Shown: positions 20,509 to 31,710, numbered from the stretch's first letter. The stretch: 64,000 bases of DNA from an uncultured Desulfospira sp. (GCA_963663165.1 OY760175.1:1920001-1984000); one strand, 5' to 3'. The notes: generated from the letters alone by a model not told the origin. Program-made: numbers and translations.

Positions 20509-22821
20509 ATGCGAAATTTTAGTTTATTTTTCCGTTCCTTTCTGGCGGTCATTGCCGGGCTCACCTTTCAATGGGCAACACCGGCATGGGCAGGCGCTTC
20601 TCCCGGACAAAGCCAGCCAAACCGATTATCCGCTTCCGGGACAACCGGTCATCACCAGATGGATTTTACCGGGATTTTCGGAAAAAATAAGGCCCAGAAG
20701 GCCAGAGCGGTTTTCGCCAGCCCGAAACTCACCGCACCGGATACCATGCTAAACGATTTTATGAATAACAAAACCCGAACCCGGGTCATTATCAACTTAA
20801 AAAACACCGATAAGGCCGCCCACAGAAAACGGATAAAAACCACGCAAGGCCGAAAGCTGGCCGGCCAGCTGGCCAGGCAGGCCCAGGACACGGTATTGTC
20901 CAGAATGGATGCCAATGAAGTCCGGACCCACACCCGGTTTACGTTAAATTATGGGTTTGCCGCCAGCGTGACCCTCGAAGGCCTTTCCCAGCTTGAAGAT
21001 GATCCGGATGTCGTTTCCATTGAAGCGGATAAAATTCATTACGCCCAAGGGGCTCAGGCCATCCCTTTGATGAGCGCAGCCCCGGCCAGAAGCGAATATG
21101 GCGGTGCCGGTATCGGTATTGCCATTCTGGATACCGGTATTGATTACACCCATCCCATGCTGGGAAACGGGGCGTTTCCCAACGACAAAGTCATCGGGGG
21201 GTATGATTGCGGGGATAATGACAGTGATCCAATGGATGAGCATTACCATGGCACGGCCTGTGCCGGAATCGCAGCCGGCGGCATACCGGCTTCCATCACC
21301 ACCGATTATATCGGGGGAGTGGCCCCTGAAGCCAAGCTGTTTGCCCTTAAGATAAGCGCCGGATCCAGCAATTCGGCCTATACGTCAGACATGGTAGAAG
21401 CCATTAACTGGTGCGTTACAAACCAGAACACCTACAGCTGTCCCATTATGATCATCAGCCTGAGTTTTGGTTCGGGGAAATATTACAGTGTCTGTGATGG
21501 GACGGACTCATCAATGGCAACAGCGGCACAAAATGCAAACGATGCCGGCATCACCCTTTTTGTCTCTTCGGGAAACGATGGGTATTGTGATGCCATATCC
21601 TCTCCGGCCTGCGTATCCAACATGATTTCCGTGGGGGCTGTTTATGATAATTATCTGGGCAGTCTTGCCTTTTGCGTTAATGAAGATTCCTGTGCAAATA
21701 TTTCATCCAACAGCGGGTGTTCTACAGGATACGCCGCCACGGATAAGGCCAGCGAAGATGTGGTTACTTCCTATTCCAACACGGCGTCTTTTCTTGACCT
21801 GCTGGCCCCATCCCATAACAACTACACCACGACCATCGGCGGTGCCTATAAATCAACCTTCGGCGGCACCTCTGCAGCCTGCCCCAATGCCGCCGGTGCG
21901 GCGGCGGTCCTGCAAAGTGCGGCCAAAGCCCTTTTAGGAGACTACCTGACGCCGGACCAGGTCCGGGCCATTATGACTCAAACCGGGGATGCATTAACCG
22001 ATGGAAAAGTGGCCATCACCAAACCCCGGGTAAACCTGGAAGCAGCTGTTGCCTTGGCGTCCATGGGGGATGTTGAATTCACCGCAGAACCCGAGGCCCT
22101 CTGCTTTCATGAAGACAATGCCGCCACCTTTACCGGCATTGCCCAGGGCACCCCGGCCACATGGGAATGGACCTTTTCACCGGATACGGTAACCTTTTTG
22201 GACGGCACATCCGAAAGCTCCCAGAACCCGACTGTACAGTTTGATGAACCCGGCACGTATTCGGTTTCATTATCTGTGGCATATGAAAGCGGGGCAGAGG
22301 CCATGCATACCAGAGAGGACTATATCACGGTTCACAACCAGTGCCAGGATGTTGTTTTTGAACTGGAAACCAACCGGAGCAGATCACAAATTTCCTGGAC
22401 CCTGGAAAATGCCGATGAACAAATCCTGTATTCCGACGGCCCTTATACCTTATCTTTTGGTGACACCCTGGAAATAACCGAATCCTTTTCCCTGCCTTCA
22501 GGGACCTATACCTTCACCATCTCCGATGATGGCGGCACTTACATGTATAGCCCGCCTTCGATTGCAACCAGTTACCGCCTGGGAAACGAGGACCGGGATA
22601 TCACCATTGTTTCCAACCCGGATTTCACAGGCGAAGAATCCACTGCGTTTACCCTGATCCGGCTGACCGATACGGACACCGACGGTGATGTGGACGGCAA
22701 GGACCTGTTCACCTTTATCCAGAATTACGGGGCCGGCAATTTCCCGGATGCGGATGTGAACAGTGATGAAGTGATCGATGAGCTGGATATGGAAACCTTT
22801 GTTTCGGATTTTGGCAACTGA
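20509..22821 (+). CDS. Secreted S8 serine peptidase with PKD and C-terminal dockerin/EF-hand-like repeats
   Basis: Catalytic triad ILDTG / HGTACAG / GTSAACP; PKD motif (EPGTYSVSL); DTDGDVDGKD and DVNSDEVIDELD. Confidence 0.9.
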   Translation: MRNFSLFFRSFLAVIAGLTFQWATPAWAGASPGQSQPNRLSASGTTGHHQMDFTGIFGKNKAQKARAVFASPKLTAPDTMLNDFMNNKTRTRVIINLKNTDKAAHRKRIKTTQGRKLAGQLARQAQDTVLSRMDANEVRTHTRFTLNYGFAASVTLEGLSQLEDDPDVVSIEADKIHYAQGAQAIPLMSAAPARSEYGGAGIGIAILDTGIDYTHPMLGNGAFPNDKVIGGYDCGDNDSDPMDEHYHGTACAGIAAGGIPASITTDYIGGVAPEAKLFALKISAGSSNSAYTSDMVEAINWCVTNQNTYSCPIMIISLSFGSGKYYSVCDGTDSSMATAAQNANDAGITLFVSSGNDGYCDAISSPACVSNMISVGAVYDNYLGSLAFCVNEDSCANISSNSGCSTGYAATDKASEDVVTSYSNTASFLDLLAPSHNNYTTTIGGAYKSTFGGTSAACPNAAGAAAVLQSAAKALLGDYLTPDQVRAIMTQTGDALTDGKVAITKPRVNLEAAVALASMGDVEFTAEPEALCFHEDNAATFTGIAQGTPATWEWTFSPDTVTFLDGTSESSQNPTVQFDEPGTYSVSLSVAYESGAEAMHTREDYITVHNQCQDVVFELETNRSRSQISWTLENADEQILYSDGPYTLSFGDTLEITESFSLPSGTYTFTISDDGGTYMYSPPSIATSYRLGNEDRDITIVSNPDFTGEESTAFTLIRLTDTDTDGDVDGKDLFTFIQNYGAGNFPDADVNSDEVIDELDMETFVSDFGN

Positions 22822-23088
22822 TCCGGCCAATGCCGGCGTCAATGAAGGGCGCTGCTGCGCTCCCTGCACCTGCTATTGCGCAGCAGCTTCAAATTTATCA
22901 AGGTTTTCCCCCAAACACAAAATACGGTTAATCAATATAATGTAGGGATTTAGGCTGAAGACTGTAGGGGTTTAGGGCTGTGCATCCCTTCAGCCTGACC
23001 ACCTTCAGTCTAATGGCCTTTTCTACAAACTTAACCGGTTCCTAATATTCTCAAACCCCAAGTCCCAAGTCTATACATCAGGGTCTAC

Positions 23089-23124
23089 CCGGGCAAAGGC
23101 ACTTTTCTTTTGCCCGGTTTTTTT
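23089..23124 (+). terminator. Putative intrinsic terminator
   Basis: CCGGGCAAA...TTTGCCCGG followed by T7. Confidence 0.5.
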
Positions 23125-23259
23125 ATATGATCCCTTCTTGGTCTTCCCCTGCCTGACCGCTGTTTTTGAGGGCACAATTGCCGGGGTATCAAAGGACCAC
23201 TTGATTCTTTGCTGGAAACGTGTAGAATTTTAAAAATTTTTAAGCGTTAGGGGAGCCCC

Positions 23260-24849
23260 ATGTCGTTACAAAATAAATTTTTAATGATCTTCGGAATGCT
23301 CTTTCTATTCTTTGGGCTATCTTTATTTGCCATTAACCGGGGGATTATTCTGCCCGGCTTTATCCGGCTTGAGCAGGATGAATCCCTTCAAAACCTGAAC
23401 CGGGTGAACGCAGCCATAATTAATGAAATTTCAAAGTTGGATGCATTGTGTCAAAGTTCAGGGGCCCGGGACTATGCCTGTGATTTTATGGCAACCGGTT
23501 CCCAGGTGTATAAAGACTCATTTTTGGGCCTTGAATCATTTGTCACCGGCAACCTGAATATGGTCTGCTATTTAACCCCGGACGACAGGCTTTTCTGGGA
23601 AAAAGCCTATGACCTGACAAAACGGGAATCCATCCCCCTGCCCGCTCTTTTCAGGAACCATTTTCCCAAACAGTTTACCCCGCTTAAATGGCCGGCCACA
23701 GACCTGGCCCATGCCGGTAAAAAAGGGATTTTATTAACCCCGAAAGGGCCGTTGATGATTGCGGTCCGGCCCATCATCCCCTCAGACAGAACCGGCCCGG
23801 CCCGGGGAACCCTCATTATGGGCAGGTTTTTAAGTGATCCCCTGATCAATAAAATCAAGGCCGACACAAAGGCGGATTTTGGACTTCATTTCTGTGATGA
23901 GGACCTTCCCTTGAATTTGGCCGAAATCAGCCAACAGTTGAAACCGCCGTTAACCCATCTGATCAAAAAAAGCCGGAACGTTTTATTCTTTTACAGCGCG
24001 TTTTTGTCCCTTGATAACACCCCGGCGTTTCTCATTGAAGTCAAATTTCCCAGGCAGATGACCCAGCAGGGATTGATGGCCATCCGGCATGCCTTGCTGC
24101 TGCTGATCGGCGCAGGGTTTTTTATTGTGGCCATCGGCCTGATCCTGGCCAGGAAAACCATGATCACACCGCTCGTTGAAATGTCCCGGAAAACAACGGA
24201 GATTGAAGACGGCCACTACGAATCCCGGTTAGCGACAACCCGCAAAGATGAGATCGGCAAGCTTTCCTTCGGCATCAATACCCTGGCCGCCAAAATTGAG
24301 GAGCAGTCCCTTGAACTTGAAAGATTGTCATACCTTGACGGCCTGACAGGGGTCCACAACAAGCGGTTTTTCGACCAGGCCCTGGACCGGGAGTGGAAAC
24401 GCAATTTCCGGGAAAAACAGTATTTATCCACCCTCATATGTGATGTGGATTATTTTAAATTGTTCAACGACAAATACGGTTATATTCTGGCAGACAAATG
24501 CCTTCAACTGGTGGCCGAGGCGATCCAGGCCGCCCTTAAAAGGCCGTCGGATCTGGTTGCCCGGTATGCGGGCGAAAAATTCATCATCCTGCTTCCGGCC
24601 ACCCCGCCTGAAGGTGCCCTGACCCTGTCCGACACCATCAGAAAAAAAATCCATGAACTGGGGATAAAGCATGAGGCCTCCCCCATTGACAAGTATGTGA
24701 CCTTAAGTTTAGGGGTTTCCAGTACGGTCCCGCACCAGCTGCGGACCCCGGCCGACCTGGTCAACGCCGCCGGCAAGGCCTTGCAGGAGTGCAAAGACAA
24801 GGGCCGCAACAGGGTTGTATTAAACACCTTGTCCCAGAAAGATGCCTGA
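23260..24849 (+). CDS. CHASE4-HAMP-GGDEF protein with degenerate active site
   Basis: DGLTG, DVDYFK, RPSD I-site; AGEKF in place of GG(D/E)EF. Confidence 0.88.
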   Translation: MSLQNKFLMIFGMLFLFFGLSLFAINRGIILPGFIRLEQDESLQNLNRVNAAIINEISKLDALCQSSGARDYACDFMATGSQVYKDSFLGLESFVTGNLNMVCYLTPDDRLFWEKAYDLTKRESIPLPALFRNHFPKQFTPLKWPATDLAHAGKKGILLTPKGPLMIAVRPIIPSDRTGPARGTLIMGRFLSDPLINKIKADTKADFGLHFCDEDLPLNLAEISQQLKPPLTHLIKKSRNVLFFYSAFLSLDNTPAFLIEVKFPRQMTQQGLMAIRHALLLLIGAGFFIVAIGLILARKTMITPLVEMSRKTTEIEDGHYESRLATTRKDEIGKLSFGINTLAAKIEEQSLELERLSYLDGLTGVHNKRFFDQALDREWKRNFREKQYLSTLICDVDYFKLFNDKYGYILADKCLQLVAEAIQAALKRPSDLVARYAGEKFIILLPATPPEGALTLSDTIRKKIHELGIKHEASPIDKYVTLSLGVSSTVPHQLRTPADLVNAAGKALQECKDKGRNRVVLNTLSQKDA

Positions 24850-27800
24850 CAAAGATATCCCCCCATTCCCGCCCCCCAAACAATCCGGATGTCTTTTGCG
24901 CCTGGCTTTCATCGGGGTCTGCCTGTTGGCCGGCCTGGCGGCCGCCGGCACGGTTTACCTTGAGAGCGGCCGGGCCCAGCGGTTTATCCAGAAAACCATC
25001 AATGACATCATTCCGGGCAGCCTGGCATGGGAAAAGACAGACCTTTCCCTTTTGGCCGGAAAGGTCAAAATCTACGGCCTTACCCTGTCCCATGGCCCGG
25101 AAAATGTCCTGGCAAAGATTCCCCTTCTTGAGGTGGATCTTTCGTTGAAACAACTGGTTAAGGGACAATTAAACGTCACGGCCGTGTCGGTGGACCAGCC
25201 CCGGCTGTCCCTGATGGTTTCCGAAAAAGGGGAGATCAACCTGTTAAAGGCCCTGGTCCCGGAAACCGGCGGGGATGAGGATTCCAACGCGGTCCCCTTT
25301 ACACTGGCCGTGGGGCAGATTCGGGTCCATAAGGCTATCTTCAACTTGAAAGCGCCCGGTATGGCCCTGGACATCCCCTGCCTCGACCTTGCCATAACCG
25401 ATGTTGATATAGAAACCCTGGCGGCATCGGTCAATACATCGCTCCAGGCCGGACAGCTTCATTACGGCGACACCGATATGTTTCTGGAATCCATGAAGGC
25501 CCAGGGACGCTTTGACCAGGACAGGCTTACGGACCTTTTTCTGGCCGCAACGCTCCCGGGCATTGACGTCAAGGCCCGGGGAAGCCTTTCGAATTTATTT
25601 GGCAATCCGGTCCTGGACCTGACGGCAGCCCTTGATATAAAGGCCCTTGAAGCCGCAAAAGCCTGGGGACTGCCCCCGGATCTGGTCCAGGGAAAGGCCG
25701 GGATTAATCTGAGCGTCAAAGGCCGGCTGGACAACCCCGACGCAGACATCCGCATAGAGTCCAGCCAGTGCCGTATCCAGAAAACAGCGGTGACAGACAT
25801 CCATATTTCAGCCGCCCTGAAAGACCGGCAGATCACCATTGACCAATTCGGGTTTGACCCGGGATCAGGGCCTGTAACCATCACCGGGAAAGTGGATCTT
25901 TCAAACACCTTTCCCAAAGGCTTTACCAACAGCCCGGCCGGTCCTGAAACCATCCGGTATGACCTGGCGGCCCGGCAGGATTCCCTTTCACTGGCCGCCC
26001 TGGGCCTGCCCGAAAATGCCCCTGAAGGCACCCTGTCCGCCCGGGTGACGGTCACCGGCCAGGGCGTGGTTCCGGGCAACATATCGGCAAATGCCCAGGC
26101 CGACATTCAAAGCAATGATCTCACCTATCCCCGGCTGGCGGCGCCGGCAGCCCTTCGCCTTCAGGGCCGGGCCGATCTTATGGGAACGGTGTTGTCCCTC
26201 TCGCGCCTTGACATTGAAGGCCCCGGCTTTTCAGGTAACGGAACCGGCCGCCTTGATTTAGCATCCCTGGATCCGGGAACCATGACACTGGCCGGCAGCC
26301 TTGATCTCAATCTATCGGACATGGCCCTGTTATCGGAACGCCTGGGCCAAACCATTTCCGGTACCGGACAGGCCCGTCTCGATGTGGGGGGGGCCTTATC
26401 CGCTCCCACCCTTACCCTTGACCTTAAGGCCGAAGGCATCGCGGCACAGGGGATACCGGTTAACGAGCTGTCCTGTCTTGCCGCAGCCGATGGGAACGGA
26501 ATTCGTCTCAAGAGCCTTGAGGCCAGGCAAGGCAAGGGGCTGGTAACAGCCCAAGGCACTCTTGACACCGCCCGGGGACTTGATGCCCTGATCCGGTTTG
26601 ACAACATCAACCCGGAGGATATGGCATTGGATGTAGACGCCCAGGGGGTTTTCACCGGGAAAATCAAAATTTCAGGAACATTGGACCAGCCGGAGCTGTC
26701 CGCTGAAATTGCCGGAACCGGTCTGGCCGTCCGTGACATTGCCATAGGGGATTTGAATGCCGGCCTGAACTTTAAGGACAGCCGGCTGACCATCGAACAG
26801 GCCCGTATCCAACAAAACAAGGCAAAGGTTACCATGACCGGCGCGGTAAACCTGAAAGACCAGACCCTTGACATCCGGGTCCTGGCCCCCAAATTTGATA
26901 TGACCCAGCTGGAGGGGGTCCCGGAATCCGGCCTGGCTGCGGGAAAAGCGGCCTTTGAGCTGACCGCATCCGGCAGCCTGTCCGAGCCCCGGGTTTCCGG
27001 CTGGATAAAGGCTGACCATGTCGGTCTGTCAGGCTATTCAGACATTGCTGTGAATATGGATGCCTCGTTTCAGACCCAGGGTCCTTTTAATGATCCGGCC
27101 AAGGCCTGTGCCCAGGTCAATTTGAAAAAAGTCTTCCTGTTTCAGCAGGACAAACCCCTGATCCGGATCAGCGATGCTGAGGCCAGGCTTTCGGAAGGAG
27201 GGATCCTGCTGCCCCCGGTTCCGGTGAAAATCCTGGATCAGGGCATCCTGACCCTGTCCGCCAACGGGGACCTTGACAACAACCTGACCGCCCAGGCCTC
27301 AGGCAATATTCCCGTGGCCATGCTGGCCCCCCTGTCTCCAAAAATCAGTTCGGCAAGCGGGGATATCAAGGTCTCTTTGTCGGCTCAGGGCAGCTTCCTG
27401 TCACCCCGCCTTCAGGGGAGCTTTGACTTTTCAGACCTGACCCTGGGGCTGGCCGTTTTAGAAGAACCCTTAGAACATATCACCGGCCATGTCCTGTTCA
27501 CCCCCCAGAGCGTTGAAATCAAGGAGATTACCGCATCACTGGGACAGGGACAGATCAAGCTTTCCGGCCGGTCCGCCCTGGTGCAGGGCCAGCCAGACCA
27601 ATTTTCCCTGTCCATCTCGGCCCACCAGGTGCCAATGGACATTCCGGACACCATGACCCTGACCCTGAACAGCAGCCTTGACCTGACCGGCACCCTGAAA
27701 CATTCCACCTTATCCGGCAAGATCGATATCCTGGAAGGCCTCTATTATAAGGATGTGGACCTGAGCCTGATCAGCCTGGCCGCGGGCCAGATCAAAAAAG

Positions 27801-28567
27801 TCAGGCCGGAACCGGTAAGAAAAGGGCCGGATTTCCTCAAAACCATTGATTTAAACATTTACGTTACCCGCCAGGAGGCCATCCAGGTGGACAATAACCT
27901 GGCCGACCTGACCATCAGCCCCAACCTTACAATCAGGGGAACGGCCTATTCACCGGGCATAGACGGCCGGGCCGTGGTGGACGACGGCACCATCACCTTT
28001 AAAAAGGCTGAATTTGAGGTTTCAGAAGGCACCATTGACTTTATCAATCCCTATAAAATTGAACCGGAAATCACCCTTGAAGGGGAAACCACCATTTCAT
28101 CGTGGACCATCACCCTTTCCGTCACCGGCACCCCGGACAACTTAGATGTGTCTTTTTCTTCAGATCCTGAAGAATCTGATGCCGATATTCTTTCCCTGAT
28201 TGCCTTTGGCAAAACCACTCAGGAGATGGGCTCGGACCAGGGAGACGGCCAGACCCTGCCGGCCGGCGCCATTGCCCAGATGCTGGCTGATCCTCTGGGC
28301 AAAAAAATCAAGCAGACCACCGGCTTAAGCGAAGTGGACATCAGCATGGCAGAAGATGATAACGGAAACACCGGTGTGACGGTCAGCCTCGGGGCAGACC
28401 TTTCCCGGCAGATAAGCGTGTCATACGGAATGGAAATCAGCGACGGGGAAACCGTCCAGCAGGTCACCACCCACTACAAGCTGTTGGAAAATCTGATTTT
28501 AAGCAGCTTTCAAAATACCAGCGGCGAATTCGGGGGCGAACTCAAATACAGGCTGGAGTTCCGGTGA
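24842..28567 (+). CDS. tamB: Translocation and assembly module subunit TamB
   Basis: N-terminal anchor, long beta-rich body, C-terminal ..SDADILSLIAFG..ELKYRLEFR. Confidence 0.85.
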   Translation: MPDKDIPPFPPPKQSGCLLRLAFIGVCLLAGLAAAGTVYLESGRAQRFIQKTINDIIPGSLAWEKTDLSLLAGKVKIYGLTLSHGPENVLAKIPLLEVDLSLKQLVKGQLNVTAVSVDQPRLSLMVSEKGEINLLKALVPETGGDEDSNAVPFTLAVGQIRVHKAIFNLKAPGMALDIPCLDLAITDVDIETLAASVNTSLQAGQLHYGDTDMFLESMKAQGRFDQDRLTDLFLAATLPGIDVKARGSLSNLFGNPVLDLTAALDIKALEAAKAWGLPPDLVQGKAGINLSVKGRLDNPDADIRIESSQCRIQKTAVTDIHISAALKDRQITIDQFGFDPGSGPVTITGKVDLSNTFPKGFTNSPAGPETIRYDLAARQDSLSLAALGLPENAPEGTLSARVTVTGQGVVPGNISANAQADIQSNDLTYPRLAAPAALRLQGRADLMGTVLSLSRLDIEGPGFSGNGTGRLDLASLDPGTMTLAGSLDLNLSDMALLSERLGQTISGTGQARLDVGGALSAPTLTLDLKAEGIAAQGIPVNELSCLAAADGNGIRLKSLEARQGKGLVTAQGTLDTARGLDALIRFDNINPEDMALDVDAQGVFTGKIKISGTLDQPELSAEIAGTGLAVRDIAIGDLNAGLNFKDSRLTIEQARIQQNKAKVTMTGAVNLKDQTLDIRVLAPKFDMTQLEGVPESGLAAGKAAFELTASGSLSEPRVSGWIKADHVGLSGYSDIAVNMDASFQTQGPFNDPAKACAQVNLKKVFLFQQDKPLIRISDAEARLSEGGILLPPVPVKILDQGILTLSANGDLDNNLTAQASGNIPVAMLAPLSPKISSASGDIKVSLSAQGSFLSPRLQGSFDFSDLTLGLAVLEEPLEHITGHVLFTPQSVEIKEITASLGQGQIKLSGRSALVQGQPDQFSLSISAHQVPMDIPDTMTLTLNSSLDLTGTLKHSTLSGKIDILEGLYYKDVDLSLISLAAGQIKKVRPEPVRKGPDFLKTIDLNIYVTRQEAIQVDNNLADLTISPNLTIRGTAYSPGIDGRAVVDDGTITFKKAEFEVSEGTIDFINPYKIEPEITLEGETTISSWTITLSVTGTPDNLDVSFSSDPEESDADILSLIAFGKTTQEMGSDQGDGQTLPAGAIAQMLADPLGKKIKQTTGLSEVDISMAEDDNGNTGVTVSLGADLSRQISVSYGMEISDGETVQQVTTHYKLLENLILSSFQNTSGEFGGELKYRLEFR

Positions 28568-31335
28568 TGTTGAAACAAAGCCTTATCGTTTTAACGGCCC
28601 TGCTCCTTTTTGCGCTGCCGGCAACCGGTGTTTTTGCAACAGATCCGGACACGGTTGCGGACATCCGGATCATTGTTCATTGTGCGCCTGAAAAACAAGA
28701 CCTCTGGACCAGCGTGGCCCGCAGCACGATTCCCCTCCAGACAGGGGACCCGTACAGCCTTGATAAAATCAGCGAAGCGGTCACGGCGTTAAAAAACAGC
28801 TTGTTTTTTGAACATATTCATGTGCCGGACCCCCAGAAACAGGCCAACGGTATGGTTCTCTTTTTTGAACTGACCCCCTTTTCCCGGATCAGCGAGATCA
28901 AGGTTAATCACGCCTTTCCCCTGTTTGAACAGGAAGTGTTAAACGTCATGACCATCCGGACCGGGGGCATTTATCAAGAAGACAAGGTGGCCCCCCAGGC
29001 CCAGCGGGTGGAAAAGCTGTTCAAAGAAAGGGGGTTTTACGATCCCAAAGCAACGGTCACGGCAACCCCGGACCAGAATCAGGTCCGTATTGTTGTGGAC
29101 ATCCAGAAAGGCCCCTTTTACCGGATCAGAAAAATTGTGTTCAAGGGAAACCAGAATCTGTCATCTGCCCGGCTCAAATTATCCTTGAAAACCTGGCGGA
29201 CCTCCCTGCTTCCTTTCCAGGGAAACCGGTTCACCCAAAAAGAGATGGATGAGGACATTAAAGAACTGACCCGCATCTTTCGCCAAAAAGGGTATGCCGA
29301 AGTTCTGGTAACCGCCCGTCAGGCCGTCGTTGACGGCACCCATGAAGTGGATGTGGTCTTTACCATAACTGAAGGGCCTTTGTACCGGATCTCCTTTACG
29401 GGCAATGAGACCCTGTCCCAAAGAAAGCTCAATAAAGAACTGCTGCTCAAAAAAGACGGCAACAAGAACAATTTTGCCTTAAGAAGAAGTTTAAGAAACA
29501 TCAAAAAACTTTATGCCCAGCACGGGTTTCCCGATGCAAGGATCAAGGAAGAAAAAGGGCCGGATTCACCGGACACCGGTTGGCGGCAAGTGGACATCCG
29601 GGTGAACGAAGGTCCCCGGTACCGGGTATCTGAACTCACCCTTCCCGGTGCCACCACCCTGCCCTTAAAACAAATTAAAAAAAATATTCTCACGTCTGGC
29701 AAAGGCGGAATATTTGATGCCGGGGTATTGGAAGAGGACCTGGCGGCCATCACCGCCCTTTACCTTAAAGAAGGGTTTACCCGGGTGAAAGCGGACAAAA
29801 AAGTCACGGTGTCCGATGGGGAAGACAAGGCCCAAAAAGCCGTTATCATTGATATCACAATAAAGGAAGGCCCCCGGACAACCGTGGAAGACATCGAGCT
29901 GTCAGGGATGTCCGCCCTGGCCCCCGATGATGCCCTGGCGATCCTGTCCTTAAAACAGGGCCAGTGGTATGACGCATCCCTGATTGAAGCGGATACGGCA
30001 GCCCTGCAGCAGGCTGTGGCCCAGCAGGGATTTCCCCATGTCGAGGTAACCTGCGACACCATATTCTCAAAAGACTTAACCCGGGTAAAACTTGACTTTC
30101 ATATCGATCAGGGGCCAAAGGTTTGTGTGGGCCGGATCTTTTATGCGGGCCACACCCGGCTAAGGGAGAGCGAACTTGCCGAGGAAATGGAAATTGGTCC
30201 GGGTGATCCGTTTTCCCTGTTAAACATCGTGGACAGCAGACGGAACATCCAGGGGATGAATGCCGTGGACACGGTAAGGATCAGAAGCGTGGGGTTAAAA
30301 ACCCGGGAGCCTGAAGCGGACCTGGTGGTGGAGGTTACCGAAAAAAAGCCTTATTTTGTTGAACTTGCCGGCGGCTATGATACAGAACGCCACCTTTATA
30401 CGGAAGGCCGCATCGGGGATAAAAATTTTACCGGCCGGAACCTGAACATCGAAGCAGGCCTTGAATTAAGCCAGGTGGGTTACCAGGCAGACATTGCCCT
30501 GACCGAACCGCGCTTTTTATCCAGCCGCCTTATTTCCCACTCCCGGGCATTTACCCAAGAACAGGAGGAGTTCAACAAAGACTACGGCATCAGCACCTAT
30601 GGGCTGTCCCAGGATTTTTCAAAAGATTTCTTTGATAAAAAACTGAAACTGACCTTTGGGATCGGATACGAATTCAGGGACCAGTACCTGAGGGTTGACC
30701 GGGCCCTGACCGATGACGAAGAAGACGATTACGGGGTCCGCCACATCGGCCAGTTTTCCACCGGCGCAACCTTCAGGACCACGGATTCCTATGTCCACCC
30801 CAAAAAAGGAATGTTCGTATCCTCAACCCTGGACATCTTTAAAGGAATAGACGACACCCTGGACGACTTTTTCAAAATCCGCCTGGATGCCCGGTACTAT
30901 TACCCGGCCGCGGACAGCCTGACCCTGGCCTTCAGGGGGGGGTACGGTTATATGCAGTCCTATGGCGGCAACACCCACATCTCCGACGACCAGCTGTTTT
31001 ACCTGGGCGGCACCTCAACCATCCGGGGATTTGATGAAAACATGCTCCGGTTTGACGAGGACGGCAACGCCATTGGCGGCCGGGCCGCAGCCATCTTCTC
31101 GGTTGAAGCCCGGTACGAATTTTTCAAAGACTTTGAAGCGGCCCTGTTCTTTGACACCGGTGCGGTCCGGCGAATCCAGGAGGGGGTTGATGAATCCTTC
31201 AGAAGCAGCATCGGTGTCGGCATCCGGCGGCAGACCCCGGTGGGACCCTTAAGCTTTCTGTACGCCTGGAAGCTCGATCCTGAACCGGGCGAAGACCCGG
31301 GCTGTTTTCACTTTTCCCTTGGGTATACCTTTTGA
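28564..31335 (+). CDS. Omp85-family (BamA/TamA-like) outer membrane protein with multiple POTRA domains
   Basis: POTRA repeats; FYLGGTSTIRGF; TPVGP; C-terminal FSLGYTF. Confidence 0.9.
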   Translation: MMLKQSLIVLTALLLFALPATGVFATDPDTVADIRIIVHCAPEKQDLWTSVARSTIPLQTGDPYSLDKISEAVTALKNSLFFEHIHVPDPQKQANGMVLFFELTPFSRISEIKVNHAFPLFEQEVLNVMTIRTGGIYQEDKVAPQAQRVEKLFKERGFYDPKATVTATPDQNQVRIVVDIQKGPFYRIRKIVFKGNQNLSSARLKLSLKTWRTSLLPFQGNRFTQKEMDEDIKELTRIFRQKGYAEVLVTARQAVVDGTHEVDVVFTITEGPLYRISFTGNETLSQRKLNKELLLKKDGNKNNFALRRSLRNIKKLYAQHGFPDARIKEEKGPDSPDTGWRQVDIRVNEGPRYRVSELTLPGATTLPLKQIKKNILTSGKGGIFDAGVLEEDLAAITALYLKEGFTRVKADKKVTVSDGEDKAQKAVIIDITIKEGPRTTVEDIELSGMSALAPDDALAILSLKQGQWYDASLIEADTAALQQAVAQQGFPHVEVTCDTIFSKDLTRVKLDFHIDQGPKVCVGRIFYAGHTRLRESELAEEMEIGPGDPFSLLNIVDSRRNIQGMNAVDTVRIRSVGLKTREPEADLVVEVTEKKPYFVELAGGYDTERHLYTEGRIGDKNFTGRNLNIEAGLELSQVGYQADIALTEPRFLSSRLISHSRAFTQEQEEFNKDYGISTYGLSQDFSKDFFDKKLKLTFGIGYEFRDQYLRVDRALTDDEEDDYGVRHIGQFSTGATFRTTDSYVHPKKGMFVSSTLDIFKGIDDTLDDFFKIRLDARYYYPAADSLTLAFRGGYGYMQSYGGNTHISDDQLFYLGGTSTIRGFDENMLRFDEDGNAIGGRAAAIFSVEARYEFFKDFEAALFFDTGAVRRIQEGVDESFRSSIGVGIRRQTPVGPLSFLYAWKLDPEPGEDPGCFHFSLGYTF

Positions 31336-31444
31336 TGGGAGATCGAAAACGGGAGACGGGAGACCGGATAGCAAATTCGGGGATTGGCATCTTGCTCTTA
31401 CTCTAAATAGTTTGAGCAAGAGTAAGAAAACTAGATAGGGGTCG

Positions 31445-31710
31445 GGAAGAGTTGGATCAGCTCAAGCAGTCTTCCGTCGCTGATATGGATCTTCACCAGT
31501 TCCATCAAGCGGTCATGTGGAATCGTATCGAAGTAGCTCGCCAAGTCGGCGTCCACCACATGTGTGTACCCCTCTTTGATCAGGCGATCCACTTCTCGAA
31601 GGGCGTCCTTGCAACCGTGCTGGGGCCGGAACCCGAAGCTTGTTTCCTCGAATTCCTTTTCGAAAATCGGCTCTATCACCATCTTCAGCGCCGTCTGAAC
31701 GATGCGGTCT
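31445..31710 (-). pseudogene. Internal fragment of a group II intron reverse transcriptase
   Basis: DRIVQTALKMVIEPIFE..SFGFRP..VVDADLASYFDTIPH; no N-terminus, no YADD region. Confidence 0.9.

Noticed and set aside
25462..26892. Long antisense ORFs within tamB, and similar shadow ORFs elsewhere
   Set aside because: Expected by-product of GC-rich codon usage on the opposite strand
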